From Oikopleura dioica (lineage: Eukaryota; Animalia; Chordata), in the NCBI GenBank assembly GCA_907165135.1, contig OU015566.1, positions 8,804,001 through 8,868,000 on the forward strand: 64,000 nucleotides of DNA. The letters are read 5' to 3'. How positions within the stretch are numbered: the stretch's first letter is position 1; each line of letters starts with the position of its first letter. Under the pieces are notes generated by a model, which did no database searches, was not told where the DNA came from, and was given only the letters and a program-made list of their open reading frames with translations. The position numbers were made by a program, and so were the translations under genes. Of the stretch, positions 26,158-38,500 are shown in pieces.

Positions 26158-29100
26158 ATGGTGAAAATTCTGGCACCACCAGTTCAGGCGACTGGTGATC
26201 AAAACAAGTACAGAGCGATTGAATTGGACAATGGCATGCAATGTCTTCTCATATCTGTCGGCGATGAAACCAAGTAACTCTTAATTGATAATTATTCTTA
26301 CATAAAAAAAGTCGCGAAGCTGATTACTGCTGCGCGGCGGTAAGTGTAGGCATTGGTAGCATTGATGAACCACATGAAATCCCCGGTCTGGCTCATTTCT
26401 GCGAGCATATGCATGCCCTTGGTAGTGGAAAGTACCCCGGAGAGGCTTATTATAAAACCTTTGTTGGAAAGAATGGCGGGAAAACGAACGCTATGACTGC
26501 TGAAGAAGGAAATTTTTCAAAAAAAAAAGAATTTCTATTGAAAAGAAACTGTTTTGAAAGGTAGTATGACCTCAAAATTCGGCCAAGTATAATTTGATTT
26601 TTTTTATTTTTCCTAACACTACTCCTAACCCGGGGGCTTCGCCCCCCGGGACCCCCCTAGGTAAAAGAACACAGTTCCTAGCCCTAAGGCCTAACCTAGG
26701 GGCTTCGCCCCCTTCGAACCCCCCCCTAACACTAACCTAAAATAGGGGTGGCCGAATTTTGAGATCAAACTACGTTTTGAAATGATTATAGCAACTTGTT
26801 ATCAAATGGCGATCATGGGACAGCAAAACTATGAAAAACTCCTGGATATATTTTCGAATCTTTTTATCGACGCCCGAATGGAAGAATCCGGGACAGAACG
26901 ACAATTGAGTGCGGTCGATTCTGAGTATGATCTTCGCAAGGCAGGTATGACAGGAAGACTTGTATTGCAAGAAGCTTTGATGACGGAAAACCATCCGATG
27001 CGACATTTTTGCGCTGGAAACCGATATTCTATCTGGGAGTATCCACGAGAAGAGTTCGGACTTGATCCTTTGAAAATTCTCGACGAATGGTATCAGAGAA
27101 ATTATTGTTCTCCTTGGATGAAGCTTGTTCTTCAAGCCAACTTGCCTATGTCAAAACTTCAAGAATATGCGGTTAAATTCTTTGGCCAAATACCTACCCG
27201 TGGACAGACCGAGCCTGGACTTCACAAGGAACCTAACGGACCACATCATTCTATCTCGCTAGAAAAAATTGTGAAAATCGTCCCTGTAAGATACTTTTCT
27301 TATTAAGTTTATCTCAATATTTATAAGTTTGGAGCCGAGAAAGACGCGATGAAAATGTATTTTCCACTGCAAAGCTACTTGGAGAAGATCTCCTGCGATC
27401 CAGTTCAATTTTTAGAGTATGTGCTCTGTGATCAAGGGCCTGGTTCGCTCAGTCGTTACCTCGAAGAGCGCGATCTGGGCAAAGTGGAAGCTTTCAAATG
27501 GGTACTGTAAGCTCAATGAGAAGGGTTTAAATTCATTTCAGATTGGTGCAACTCGGTATCAAACCGATCTGACAATAATGGTCACAAGAATTGATATTCA
27601 ACAGTGGAGAATAGTGTACAACATCATTTGGAGCTATTTAGATATGGTTTTCATTTTACTTCGTAATTAATATGATATTAATAATATCCCCGTAAAAACA
27701 CATGAGAATCAATTGCAACATTTTATTAAATCGACGAGCTCGTCTCAGCGCGAAAAAGTATTCAATCAACTGGCTAGTGAGTAAAAATACCTGAGAATTG
27801 CTATTTTGAATTTTCTAGCAATCACGAACGAGAAATGGCACACCAAACAGCCTTCGAATCCGTATAACAGAGTTGTAGACACTGCTTATCAAATGCATCA
27901 GCGTCGATTCTTCGGAACAAAATGTTGGCTTGGTTACACGCCCTTTGAGTTCAACAACGATACCATCAACGAGTGTTTGAGAGAAGTCAAACCGAGTAAC
28001 TGCGCTATTCTTCTACGAAGTTCGACTTTTGCAACAGAAGAAGGTCTTCAGGAAGAAAAATGGGTTGGAACCAAATACAAAGTCGTGGAAAATAAAGAGC
28101 TCTATGTACCAAAGGAAAGTTTTTTTTATTTCCTTATTATTATTAAATCATTATAACTTGGATAAACTTATTGAGTCGAAGCCATGGCCTTCTGAATTTC
28201 GTTTGCCAGAAGAAAATAACTACATCACTAAAAATCTCCCTCTAAAAGTCGATGGCTCACAATCATGGAGATCGCCGAAGCGCATTCAAAAATCTGCAGA
28301 TTCCGAACTTTGGTTCAAAACAGACTCAAAATTCAAAATCCCCAGGGCATATATTTGTGTCAGCTTTCTGAACAAATTGGCTTCAAAGAATCTCAAGAAT
28401 CAAGTTATGATGGATATGCTTCTGTTCGGAATTAGAGATCTGTATCAGAGCAGGTACTCTATTATTGACTTCCAATAGCAGTGATCTTCATTTTTAGCCG
28501 GGATTTCACTCTTGCTTCTGAAGTGGGAATAGATTGCCAAATCCTGGGAACAATTTTTGATGTAACGAAGAACAACGATCACGATAGCTCTATCGTTAAA
28601 AAGCCCCATGTCACCAACGATACTCGACCTGCCGGAATACTCGTTTCTGGTTATGATTCCAAACTTCCGGAAATAATTCTTCGAGCTGTTAATATGCTCT
28701 TAAATTTCAAAATCGAAAACAACGATGGTCTTGAAGAACTTGTCGATCAATTGCAAAGAGCTTACCAGAGTATTTTTTTCCTGAAAAAAAACTTTCTATA
28801 ATTTCTTTAGGTACAATGATATGCGATCCGATCCGAGTTTGCAATGAGCTAGGCACTCGTCTTCTGGTCAACAATTATTACTCGCTCCCAGAAAGACTTG
28901 AATTTATACAAGAAGTTGTGCTCTCAAATCCCTCGTAATATTTTTTCTTTTAATTGATTTTTATGACAATCTAAGCCCAAGCGAGTTTATGGAAGAGTTC
29001 CATCATTTCCAGAAAGAATTTATTAGAAAATCGTTCTATCAGGTTCATATCGAAGGAAACATGACCGAAAAAGAAGCAACTAGTGTTTTTCGGCAAATAA

Positions 29101-30082
29101 AAGATCTTACAAAAGCAAAGGGACCGGGCTCTTTCAGAGGTAAGAATTTTTGCGCCTAGGAAATTAGTAAAATCATCCAGTTAAATCGACTATATCACCT
29201 CCGAAAATCCGCCATCATCCAACTCCCATCGCTTGTAAAGTAGCGGGCATGAATCCAAACTCTGAAATGACTTTCTGCTCCCTCGCATGGGTTCTTGGCA
29301 AACTTCAATCATCAAGAAAACTGTCAGCGCTTTCCACTTTCGTCCAAAGCATGATGCACCAGCCAACGTTTGACTGGTTGAGAACTAAAAATGCTCTTGG
29401 TTATATCGCCGCTACGAGGGAGTGGTCAAGAAATGGAATCAAGGTCGATAAACAGAAATTGTATTCGCCGAGATATATTTATTTATTAAGGCAATTGCAA
29501 TCGAATGCAACACAAATATTAACCGGGTCACTGTTGAAGAAGTAGAAGCACTAATGACCAAGTGCACAACATTGATATTGAAGCAGTTCGAAGCACTCAC
29601 TGAAGAGCAGTACAAAGTAGCGCAATAATAATTTAAGCAAACCGGAAAATTTTATTTCAGTCATCAAAAGAAGCTTATGTGAAACTTCTTGCTAAGCCAG
29701 CCGAAAGTATGGACAGCTACTTTGGAGCAAATCAGGTCGAGATATTTGATGGAACTCAGCGTTTCAGGTAAAAATGCAAGTTTTAAGAATGAAAGTCGTC
29801 TAAAAGCAAATTTAGACGGAAAGAAGAGGAATCATCTGAGCTGCTGAAAGTGACAAAAGAAGAATTTGTTCGGTTCTATAAAGGTACGCCACATCAATTT
29901 TATCATTTCACGAGTTTACAGAATATATCATCAAAAATGAACGGCGAATATTTGTCGCTGTCGAGGGTTGCTCCAAGCATACACAAGCGAATGGACTCTT
30001 CAAACACTTGCCTCTCGAAAACACAATCAAAGACTACGAGCAAATCTCAGACTTCGGAGCAATGCCATCAGCGTTTTATTGA
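26158..30082 (+). CDS. M16A zinc peptidase (insulysin/nardilysin-like), tandem copy 2
   Basis: Colinear paralog of copy 1 with the same motifs (PGLAHFCEHM, AVDSEY, LWFKTDSKFKIPRA, FDWLRTKNALGYI). One junction near 28115-28175 is unresolved. Confidence 0.86.
26560..26774. mobile_element. Non-autonomous DNA transposon (MITE) in intron 2 of M16 copy 2
   Basis: 25-nt TIRs GTAGTATGACCTCAAAATTCGGCCA (26561-26585) and TGGCCGAATTTTGAGATCAAACTAC (26749-26773) match at 23/25. A flanking direct repeat (G)TTTTGAAA on both sides gives an 8-9 nt TSD. Two internal GGGGCTTCGCCCC hairpins. Absent from the equivalent intron of copy 1. Confidence 0.88.
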
Positions 30083-30363
30083 TCGTCAATTTATTAACAT
30101 TTTTTTACAAGATAAAAATTATACACGAGTCGAATGTACATGAGTTCAATTACATATTTACAAAGCAGAAAACATTATTCTTTGACCAGTTTTTCCACGA
30201 GGTCATCTACGTTTTCATCCGTTGCTCCCCAGACGATGATCTCCGTCAGAATCGGCTGTCATGTGGTCAATTATCTTGTCTCAAAATTTTTTTAGCCGTT
30301 ATGTCTGCGGATTAATCATTTTAGAAATATGAAGACCGTTCCAAAAATCTATATTCTTCTTCG

Positions 30364-32809
30364 TTATTTATCGTCGCCAAAACCTTCGATCCAACGCCGA
30401 TGGTCTAGGAACATTTTAACCTTTTTTGAAGTTTTTGAAATCTACCTTTCTAGCATTTTGATTCTGCCCGAAGATAAGTGAAAGTAACAGATGTAAGTCT
30501 AAAATACAATCAAACATAGAATAGAAGTATTAGCAACCTGATAAGGATCCTTGATTTTTGAGATGATGAGCGCCTTCTAGTGGAAGATATTCAAGCATGG
30601 TATAGTTTTTCTTCCATGAGCGGATATTCGAAACAAAGAAGCCAGCTTGAAACACGAAAACTTGGTTTGGTTAGATTTTATCTCAGTTTGAGAATAAATC
30701 ATTTTCGCGTTTTTCTAACTCTGTCCTGCACAGAAAACTGTAAATTGGACCATAGTCATCAGGTGCCAGACTGTGACCGACTTGTAATAACAATTCGTCG
30801 TCTGCCATCGATTTCCCTCGTGGTGGTAATTGTAGCTAGAATGCGCACGTGTGAGGTGTTTTTATAAAGAACGTGGCTTTAACCTGGGCGGCAAGAGGCA
30901 ATTGTAACCATCTCTCTCCTTCAGTCCGATAACAAACCATTTAAAAGTAATAAATGCGCAGATGGCTGTGAGAATAAGACCCTGGATTCGGTTCATAAAC
31001 ACAACTTAAAATTAGAAGATTAGTGATGCCCAAAGTAACCTTATAATAACGTACTTCGTACCAAGTCTTTAGAATGACTCTGCAAGTCCATGACTTCTTT
31101 CAACTCGACAAACTTTTCCTGCAATTCAATATTTATACTGCATTGTAAGCAAAATTAAAAGGACCTGGGTCTTATTTTTGGACCAGATAACTTCGGCTTC
31201 CTTTTTTAGATTCCATGCGTATTCGCGAGTCTGGTTTTCAGCGTAAGCTTCCTTTTATTGAGTTCGATCTTTTCCGATTTTTAAAAAGAATTATTTTATA
31301 TACGCGCGTTTCTTTTATTACACAGCGGAGATGACAGCAGCCGTGATTAGGGAAGATATTTTCATTAATAAAAAATGGAGCATTTTAGAGAATACAAATA
31401 TATTTTGCTCAGTCTGCCTTTTTATATTTTCAATATTTGCCTCTCCAAACAATCAAATATTGGTTATCAAACTCAATCCTTTGCGATGCGGGAGCCGATT
31501 CTTCCCGAAGGCTGGTTCATTCCCACAATAAAACCATTTTCAGAAGTTCCATCATCGCTCATGTCGGTCTTTCCCATCGATTCGAGTCTATCGATTCTTC
31601 GTCGTCGTATTGAATCAAGATTTCTTGAGTCTCTCACACATCTTCCGTTTCCGAGCTTTGGGCTCAATCTCGGCGATGACACAGGTGTAATGGGCCCTTG
31701 TATTCCGCCTGCTTTGATGGTCATCATTGAAGTTTTGCGAGCTTCTTCTTCAGCCTTCCGCAGCTGCTTCTCTTCTTTTTCAGCACAATCGTTCAAAAAT
31801 TTTGAGATCTTTCGTAGGGTCGAAATCAGCTCGCCTAAAGCTTCGTCGATTCCATCGATGAGATATTCTGCTTGAGAAGCTCGTTTCGCAGCGGAAATCT
31901 CCCAGCAGATTTTGATCCACAAGCCAACGAGTGAAAATGAAAAAAGAATGTAAGGAAACAGCTTTCAAAGGGATGAGAAAAAAGAAACTCAATACTCGAT
32001 CCAGTCTATTGAGTTATTGACAACGTCCGACAATGGACTATCTCCAGATTTTCTGGCAATCTCAACCCTGACTTGAAATAAGACATGTCTTTTTTATCTA
32101 GAACCAATTCGTCCCCCTTCTGGACGTAAAGAAGTTCTCCTGATGTTTCATTGACATTGTAATGCGTCATATGCGCGTAGCAGTACCCATTTATAAAGTT
32201 GTAATCGGCCAGTTTATACGTGTCGCATTGCTCCGGTCGATTTCCTGATCTTTACAGAGTTCTCTTTGATTTAATTATAAGATAACGTGATATTCTTGAG
32301 AATTCAAAAGAATCCTGGACCAGTTTGATCAAGTACTGCTTGTCAAAACTGGTTCCAGCTCGGAAATTCGAAGTGTTGCAAATTTGACATGTGTGATAAT
32401 CAACAATTCATCGAGAACCCTTGTCCTTCCTCTATCAACAGAATGCAAAGAGCAGGTAATGAGCTCAGGAGAGAAGTTACTCCCTGAGAGAAGAAACAAA
32501 ATCGACAAGATCGCCGCCGGGGCAGCAGTCATCAGCGATGCAGCAACATTGTCACCCCGAAAAGTTGCCTATTTACGAGTTCGAATGTATTTCAGTTTTA
32601 ATTGAATTCGCTAAATTATTTAGGCGCTATTTCCCGCAGCGTGTCGGAGGCCAAAATATGCACCCGATCGCTTGTTTTTGTGGTACATTTACTTCCTTAT
32701 TGAGCTTACTGTATTTCGAACTCCTTCGCATGATCGAGATCTTTGCTCCACCGGTGATGTCATCGGAGACGGCAGATGCGGCATTGGCGACGAATCCAGG
32801 CAAACTCAT
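30364..32809 (-). CDS. Pannexin/innexin-family large-pore channel; 3' end may extend to 30175
   Basis: Assembled exons give TM1 (DNVAASLMTAAPAAILSILFLL), EL1 (ITCS...YNFINGYCY), TM2 (VQK|LFPYILFSFSLVGLWIKICWEISAAK...YLIDGIDEAL, resembling pannexin HKFFPYILL...FIMEELDK), TM3/EL2 (LILTAICAFITFKWF...YNCLLP; TNCYYKSVTVWHLM) and the post-TM4 segment (MLEYLP...S|DLHLLLSLIFGQN). Confidence 0.75.
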
Positions 32810-34286
32810 TGTTACTTTTCGATGTACTACGTTATCCGATGTCGGCCTAGAAAAATAAATTCATTTGTGAAATCAATGAAAATAAAAATTATAACTATTT
32901 TTTAAAGCAAACTTTTAAGAATTATTATCATTCTCTAACCCCACTCCTTCTACTGTCATCTAACAATTAAAAAATGACATCGACGATTTCTCTTTTGAAT
33001 ACTTTTTGAATGCAGTTTTCTCTGACTCGAAATTCTCTTTTTCTCGTATCAAGTGATCCTCCTCTAGTGATCAATACTAGCCAGAGTATCGCCCTGGTGT
33101 ATTCCAAAATTAAGCAACTGTATTTAATTGCCCCAAAAGTTACAATCAGTCTTTCACGGCTTATCCACTTACTGACCGCTTAGTTATGTCCATTCCCTCT
33201 GCGGAATAAATCTAAGGACCGCAAAGCGCTCCCTCGAAACGAACGCCAAGAAGAATTGTATATTCAAGGGTGAATTATTTAAACGGATTGAGCTCTAGAC
33301 TTTTAGAAGAAACTACATACAACATACAAGACTTGTATTACAAGTGAAAGTACACAGCCAAACATGCTTAACCTTGAAGTTGTTTTTAATTAATAAATCT
33401 GTTTAATTTGTTAGGACAAAAAATTAAATAATATCTATGATTCACAGACTATGATTGAATACCGTTATGCTTCCATTTGAATATCTCTAAATATGTGACA
33501 TATTATATGTCTTTGACAAATATCTTTCGCAAGGCTACCATTTTTATCTATCAACCTCAATTGATAAATATTGATTGGATCAGTGGTGTATTATAATACA
33601 GTATCAATAGACAATTAGTAGCTGACAATCCAAGTGAACGGTCAAAATCTAGTACGATTGAGCTAACCTCATTAGTAGTTCTTCGTTCATGAGATTTTAG
33701 TTTAGCTGTCATATGTTTTCTTCGATAATGGATACTAATGAAAAACTCATTCAGCCAGACTTCTCAATATCATATTGGAAATATGCAGTTTACTTGCAGA
33801 TCAACTGAATCACAGTATGTGACAGACTGTGTCCGATTGTATATTTGGCATATAAAATGTCTATTTATCCAACAATCTATGAGATGCCCCTTCATGGACG
33901 ATTGATGATCTTTATCGATAAAATCAACTTACATTAGGCTCTATTGTGGGTCATCCTATGGTTCAGCTAATACACTACTATCCTCGGTATAAATCCTCTC
34001 TATCCAGAAATGGGAATATGCTTGGACTACCTGTATTTCTGGCACTTACCGGGACCACGGTCGGTGAATGCATTAAAATGAAACTTGTTCAATTATCTAC
34101 GGGGCACTCTCTCCGAGCAAAATGGAACTCAGGTCATGGCACTTTCCGAAATGAGTTTAATCAACAAGATAATATGGCATGCTGGCTATAAAATTTTATA
34201 CGGTCTTGGCGTCTATAAAATAAACATGAAACATTTAAATAATCCGGGTAGTGTGAAAACTTTTACTAGTAGTTAGTGATTTATTA

Positions 34287-34630
34287 CCGTTCAGTCCTTT
34301 TCTTGTGTCTCACAGATTCCTTCTTTTCAAATCTTCTCAATCTAGTTGTCTGAAGAGACTCATCCCACTCTTGAAACACTGTAGCTCTCTCTGCAATTTT
34401 ACCATGCAAAACCATGCGATTTTTCAGTCGGCAAAATGGGACGAACGATGGTTTACAACCGACATCGATAATTATCCAATTTAAAGATAATGTAGATGTA
34501 AATAATCTAATTTAAATGCAGAACGGACCCTGTTTTTATAGCGGTTTTCTCCGTAGATGACGAGCGAGATCCAAAATCCAGAGAAGAAAGATGATCATAT
34601 TTGATCGTCTTTATATCGAGTTTCAGGTAG
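34287..34630 (-). other. Exon-like fragments of an unidentified gene in an AT-rich interval
   Basis: ttgcag|..RATVFQEWDESLQTTRLRRFEKKESVRHKKRTE|gtaata (34287-34390) and a nearby open segment PETRYKTIKYDHLSSLDFGSR. No full gene could be assembled. Confidence 0.3.
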
Positions 34631-35599
34631 AATATATTTATTTATAGAAAGAAGCATTCTTTATTCTGAGAAACTACTGCAGCCGGAGGCACCCTGACAT
34701 CGTTTTGATGAAATATTTAAAAATAAGTGAGGACATTAAAGAATCCCCAGTTACTAGCTGCTTCAAATTTTCATACAGGCTGTTCTAATTGAAAGTGTTA
34801 CAACAGGCATGGTTCCAACCAAAGGAATTCAAGCCTTTCTGATACATTTTTGTTGCATTAAAAGTTTATTCGTCGAATACAGTTTAATATTATTATCAGA
34901 CATGGAGAAGTGTGTTTTAGCCTCATTTTCCTCGAGTGTCGCATCAGCCATTCGAGTGTTTCCGAGTTCTCTCTAAAAATTGTGTTTAATAAAAAGTCGA
35001 AGGTGATTTTTTTGAATTAATATTCGAATGGGCTAGTATTCTCGGCAAGTGAATCATTAGCCTTATAAAATAAAGGGGAAAGCAATAAAGACTAGGGTGT
35101 TGCCAACACCTAAAGTATTATTTTGATAGCATTTCGAACAGTTAAAGCTTTTTCCCAGTAAAGTTGAACTTGATCGTCTTCTTTTGAAAAGCAAGACCAT
35201 TTGGGCATGTAATTTCTTGGGGAGTTGTAGCAAAACGGAAAACAAAGAAACGAAATGTTACGCAGACTGTTGTTAGAGGTTAAAGTTTTTGTTTGAAAGT
35301 TGAAAAGTTGGTAGAAGGAACGGATTGAATGAAAAACTTTTTCAGCTAACGACAAGGTAAGATTTCGCACACCATGATTTCAGGGAGAAAATATTAGAAA
35401 TAAGTTGGATAAGATAGTGATAAAGAGAAAAGTAATTTACATATTCAAAATATTAAGCAAGAAGCAAAATATAATTTAAACAGAGAAAACAAAGCATAAT
35501 CTTTCTGATCAGAAAACGGCAGCAGTTGAGCAACAATTCAAGAAAATATTAGAAATAAAAATAAGTTGGCGCTATTATAAATTATTTATAAAACAATCG

Positions 35600-38500
35600 C
35601 TACGAATCATCCCACCACGGGTCTGTGTACTTGACGGCAGATGCTCCTTTTCTGGGTGTCGTCCTGAGGCCAGATGGGGGAGGAGGCATACTCAACAAAC
35701 CAGCACTCTGGTTGTTGTTAATTTTTGGAACTCGTAGGGTAATTTTGATAGGCTTCTTCTCCAATTCATCTGCTTGTTTACTATCAACTAGATCATCGGG
35801 GGCCTTCTTGATTTCGAATCGCAAGTTTGTTGCTCCTGGGGCTCGTTGGAGGGGAGGAGGTGCCACGGAAGACCTTCTTTTTGACAGTTTGTCAAGCAAA
35901 GCGGTGCAGTCGATTTCAGACTCGGGAACGCTGCAAACGAAGACAGGCTCGATCCTCCACTTTCCGTCTGCCTCGCCTTTTTGATTTCTTGCAATTTTTA
36001 TCTTTGGCAGTTTATAGGGGCTCTTGGAAGGGCTTTCTCCGCCTTTACGAGGACTGCGACTACGACGACTAGGTGACTTTGTTCGAGCTCGTTTAGGCGC
36101 GATACCAGGACGGTAAGCCTCGTCGGAGATCTTTCGAGCCTGCTTTTTCTTGGACTCGGAGAATTTCTCATTCTCTGGTTTGATAGTAATCACTTCCGTT
36201 GGCGTTTCAAAAACTTGAACCGAGCTAGCAGTCGGCGAGTAGATGATCTTTTGCTGCTTCTTTGGGGGATTGAACCGAGGAAGGTCAGTGAGCTTTTTGC
36301 GAACTTGCTCCGAACGAGTTGTGCTGTTCTTTCTCTTCGCTGGCGGTTTTGGATTTGTCACGATATTCGGATGAGCTGCCTTTGGTACCTGCGGCATCTT
36401 AGGTGCTGCGGCAACCTGAGCTGGAGAGGGAAGCGAAGAAGGAAAGGGAGCTTTTGACTCAGCTGATGACGATGGCGGGGACTTCAGCGAGTTTAAAAGA
36501 TGAAGACCGCCAAATGGATTGACTTTGTTCTGCGGAAAAGGCTCAATCGGACTGGCTAAAAGCGCTTGAAGCTTGCTCATTGAAGATGAGCTGGGCTGTG
36601 GCATCGAAACAGGCATTGATTGCGCTTGAGCTCTAGCGAGCATCTCTTGGGGAGACGGTTGAGCTTGCTGGATGAGCATAGACACGTGTCGGGCAAGTGT
36701 TTCTTTGTCATTGAGCGTGTGGACGCCTTGAACCATTGATTTGATGATATCCTGAAAGGAGGAGTTGTCGGTGTTTAACGCTGGAACTGGATCGATAGGT
36801 TTCTTTAGTAAGGAGGATATGAGCCCCGTTGAGTTGCTTGGTGTAATATGCGGAGTGGTGGTAGTAGTCCTTACGGACGGATTTGTGAGCGCGGATGATT
36901 CGGATAATAAAGAATTTGGAGGAGCACTCGCAGGTAAAGAACCCGGGATCGCACTGGGCGACAGAATTGGTGGAACAGCGGGAGCTGCCTTGCTGGAAGG
37001 CGGGCAAGTCTCAGATGAAGGGCGTCTAAGAGGAGCAGGTGTTGGAACTGGAGGTGGAGCAGAGGCCGCTGGCTGACTGAAGTAGTTAGGATCGATGGGC
37101 TCGGATTTGATATTTGCCAGCATTGCGTGCGTTTTCTGAAAAAAAATAATTTGTTTGAAAAAAAAAATTGAATACTTACCATCATATCCTGCTCTGACAG
37201 AACTTTTGGAGGCGGCAAAGGTTGATCCAAGTCGATAAAGTCAGTGATATTGAATTCAGTGCTCGGTCCAGTCGATTTTGCTGCTGTTGAGGGCTCGCTA
37301 CTTCCAAAGATGTCATCTAATGGGTTGAATGAGTCGCAGATTGAGTCCTTCGATGATGTTGATGGCGCTGTTGCACCTGTACCGAAAAGCTCATCAAGGG
37401 GATTGAATTCAGAAGATGCGGCGGACGAAACTGGGATAGCAGGTTCAGTCGCGGGCAAGATAGGAGCACTAGACGATGTTACTGTCAAAGGTGCGCTGAT
37501 GGGAGTTGAAACGGGCGGCATAGAAGAGAATAAAGCTTCGTTCGGGAAGATCGAGGGCGCTTTATCTGCAGCTGTACTTGCCTTAGCAAGTGGATTGGTT
37601 GGCTTGTCGAAAACAGGCGTTTCTATGGCTGGCTGGAAAAGATCATCAAGAGGATCAACGTCTTTTTTCTTCGATGAGTCCCGCCGTACCAAAGAATCTA
37701 ATGGTAAATCGTCGTCTTCATTTTCAGGAGAAGATGGAAGTTTTTCCTGAACTTTCGGAGCTGCTATTTCTGGCTTTTTCGCCTTATCATCTGGATGCTT
37801 TTCGGTTAACGTTGGCCCAAAACCACTGTTCTCCTCAGAAACATGCTTCTTCTCGATACCGAGAGTTTTAACTATTTCAGAACTATTTTCCTTGCCATCC
37901 GACGGAGGAACAGATTGGGAAACTTCAGGAATAGCGATCTTTTGCTGGTCTGGTTCATCTGGAGGAGAGAGTGGTAATTTGTTTGAAGAGATGACCGGCT
38001 GTTCATTCGTCTTTATTTCGACGTCTTTGACTGCTTGTCTAGCCGTCAGATCAACCTTCTTGGGACTACCATTTAATAATCCTTCCACGAGAGAACCGCG
38101 CTTTGGCTCGTCAGCAGCCTGAGGCGGAGTCAATGTTGATACTGGTTCTGCCATAATCGGACAAGCATCAATTTTGGGTGCCTCGAGCTCTTTCTTTGTA
38201 GGCATTTCGGCAGCTTTGTTGATAGCAACATCATCGAGCGCGTTCGTCTCTTTCTTCGATTGCTTTGATGGTGGACCTTGGTGATCTAAAGAGTGCTTTC
38301 GTTTAGGCGATAGACATGCTGAACGATTGATGATATCTGCTGCCTTTTCTGAATCATTCGGAAGGCGATCAACCAAAACTTTCAGCGGCTGGCAGAGCTT
38401 GATTTGCTCTTCCGGTGGTATTTCATTCAATGCGTTTACGTCGTTAACGGGAACAGGTGGCTTTTCAGGCACAAGAGGAACATCGATCTTTTTAGAATCA

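Noticed and set aside
26611-26740. CCTAAC/CCCTAA motifs as an interstitial telomere
   Set aside because: They are scattered rather than tandem TTAGGG arrays, and lie inside the MITE.
33781-34191. Possible pseudogene frame with in-frame stops upstream of ORF 33946-34191
   Set aside because: Stop density is close to random for AT-rich DNA and no family signal is visible.
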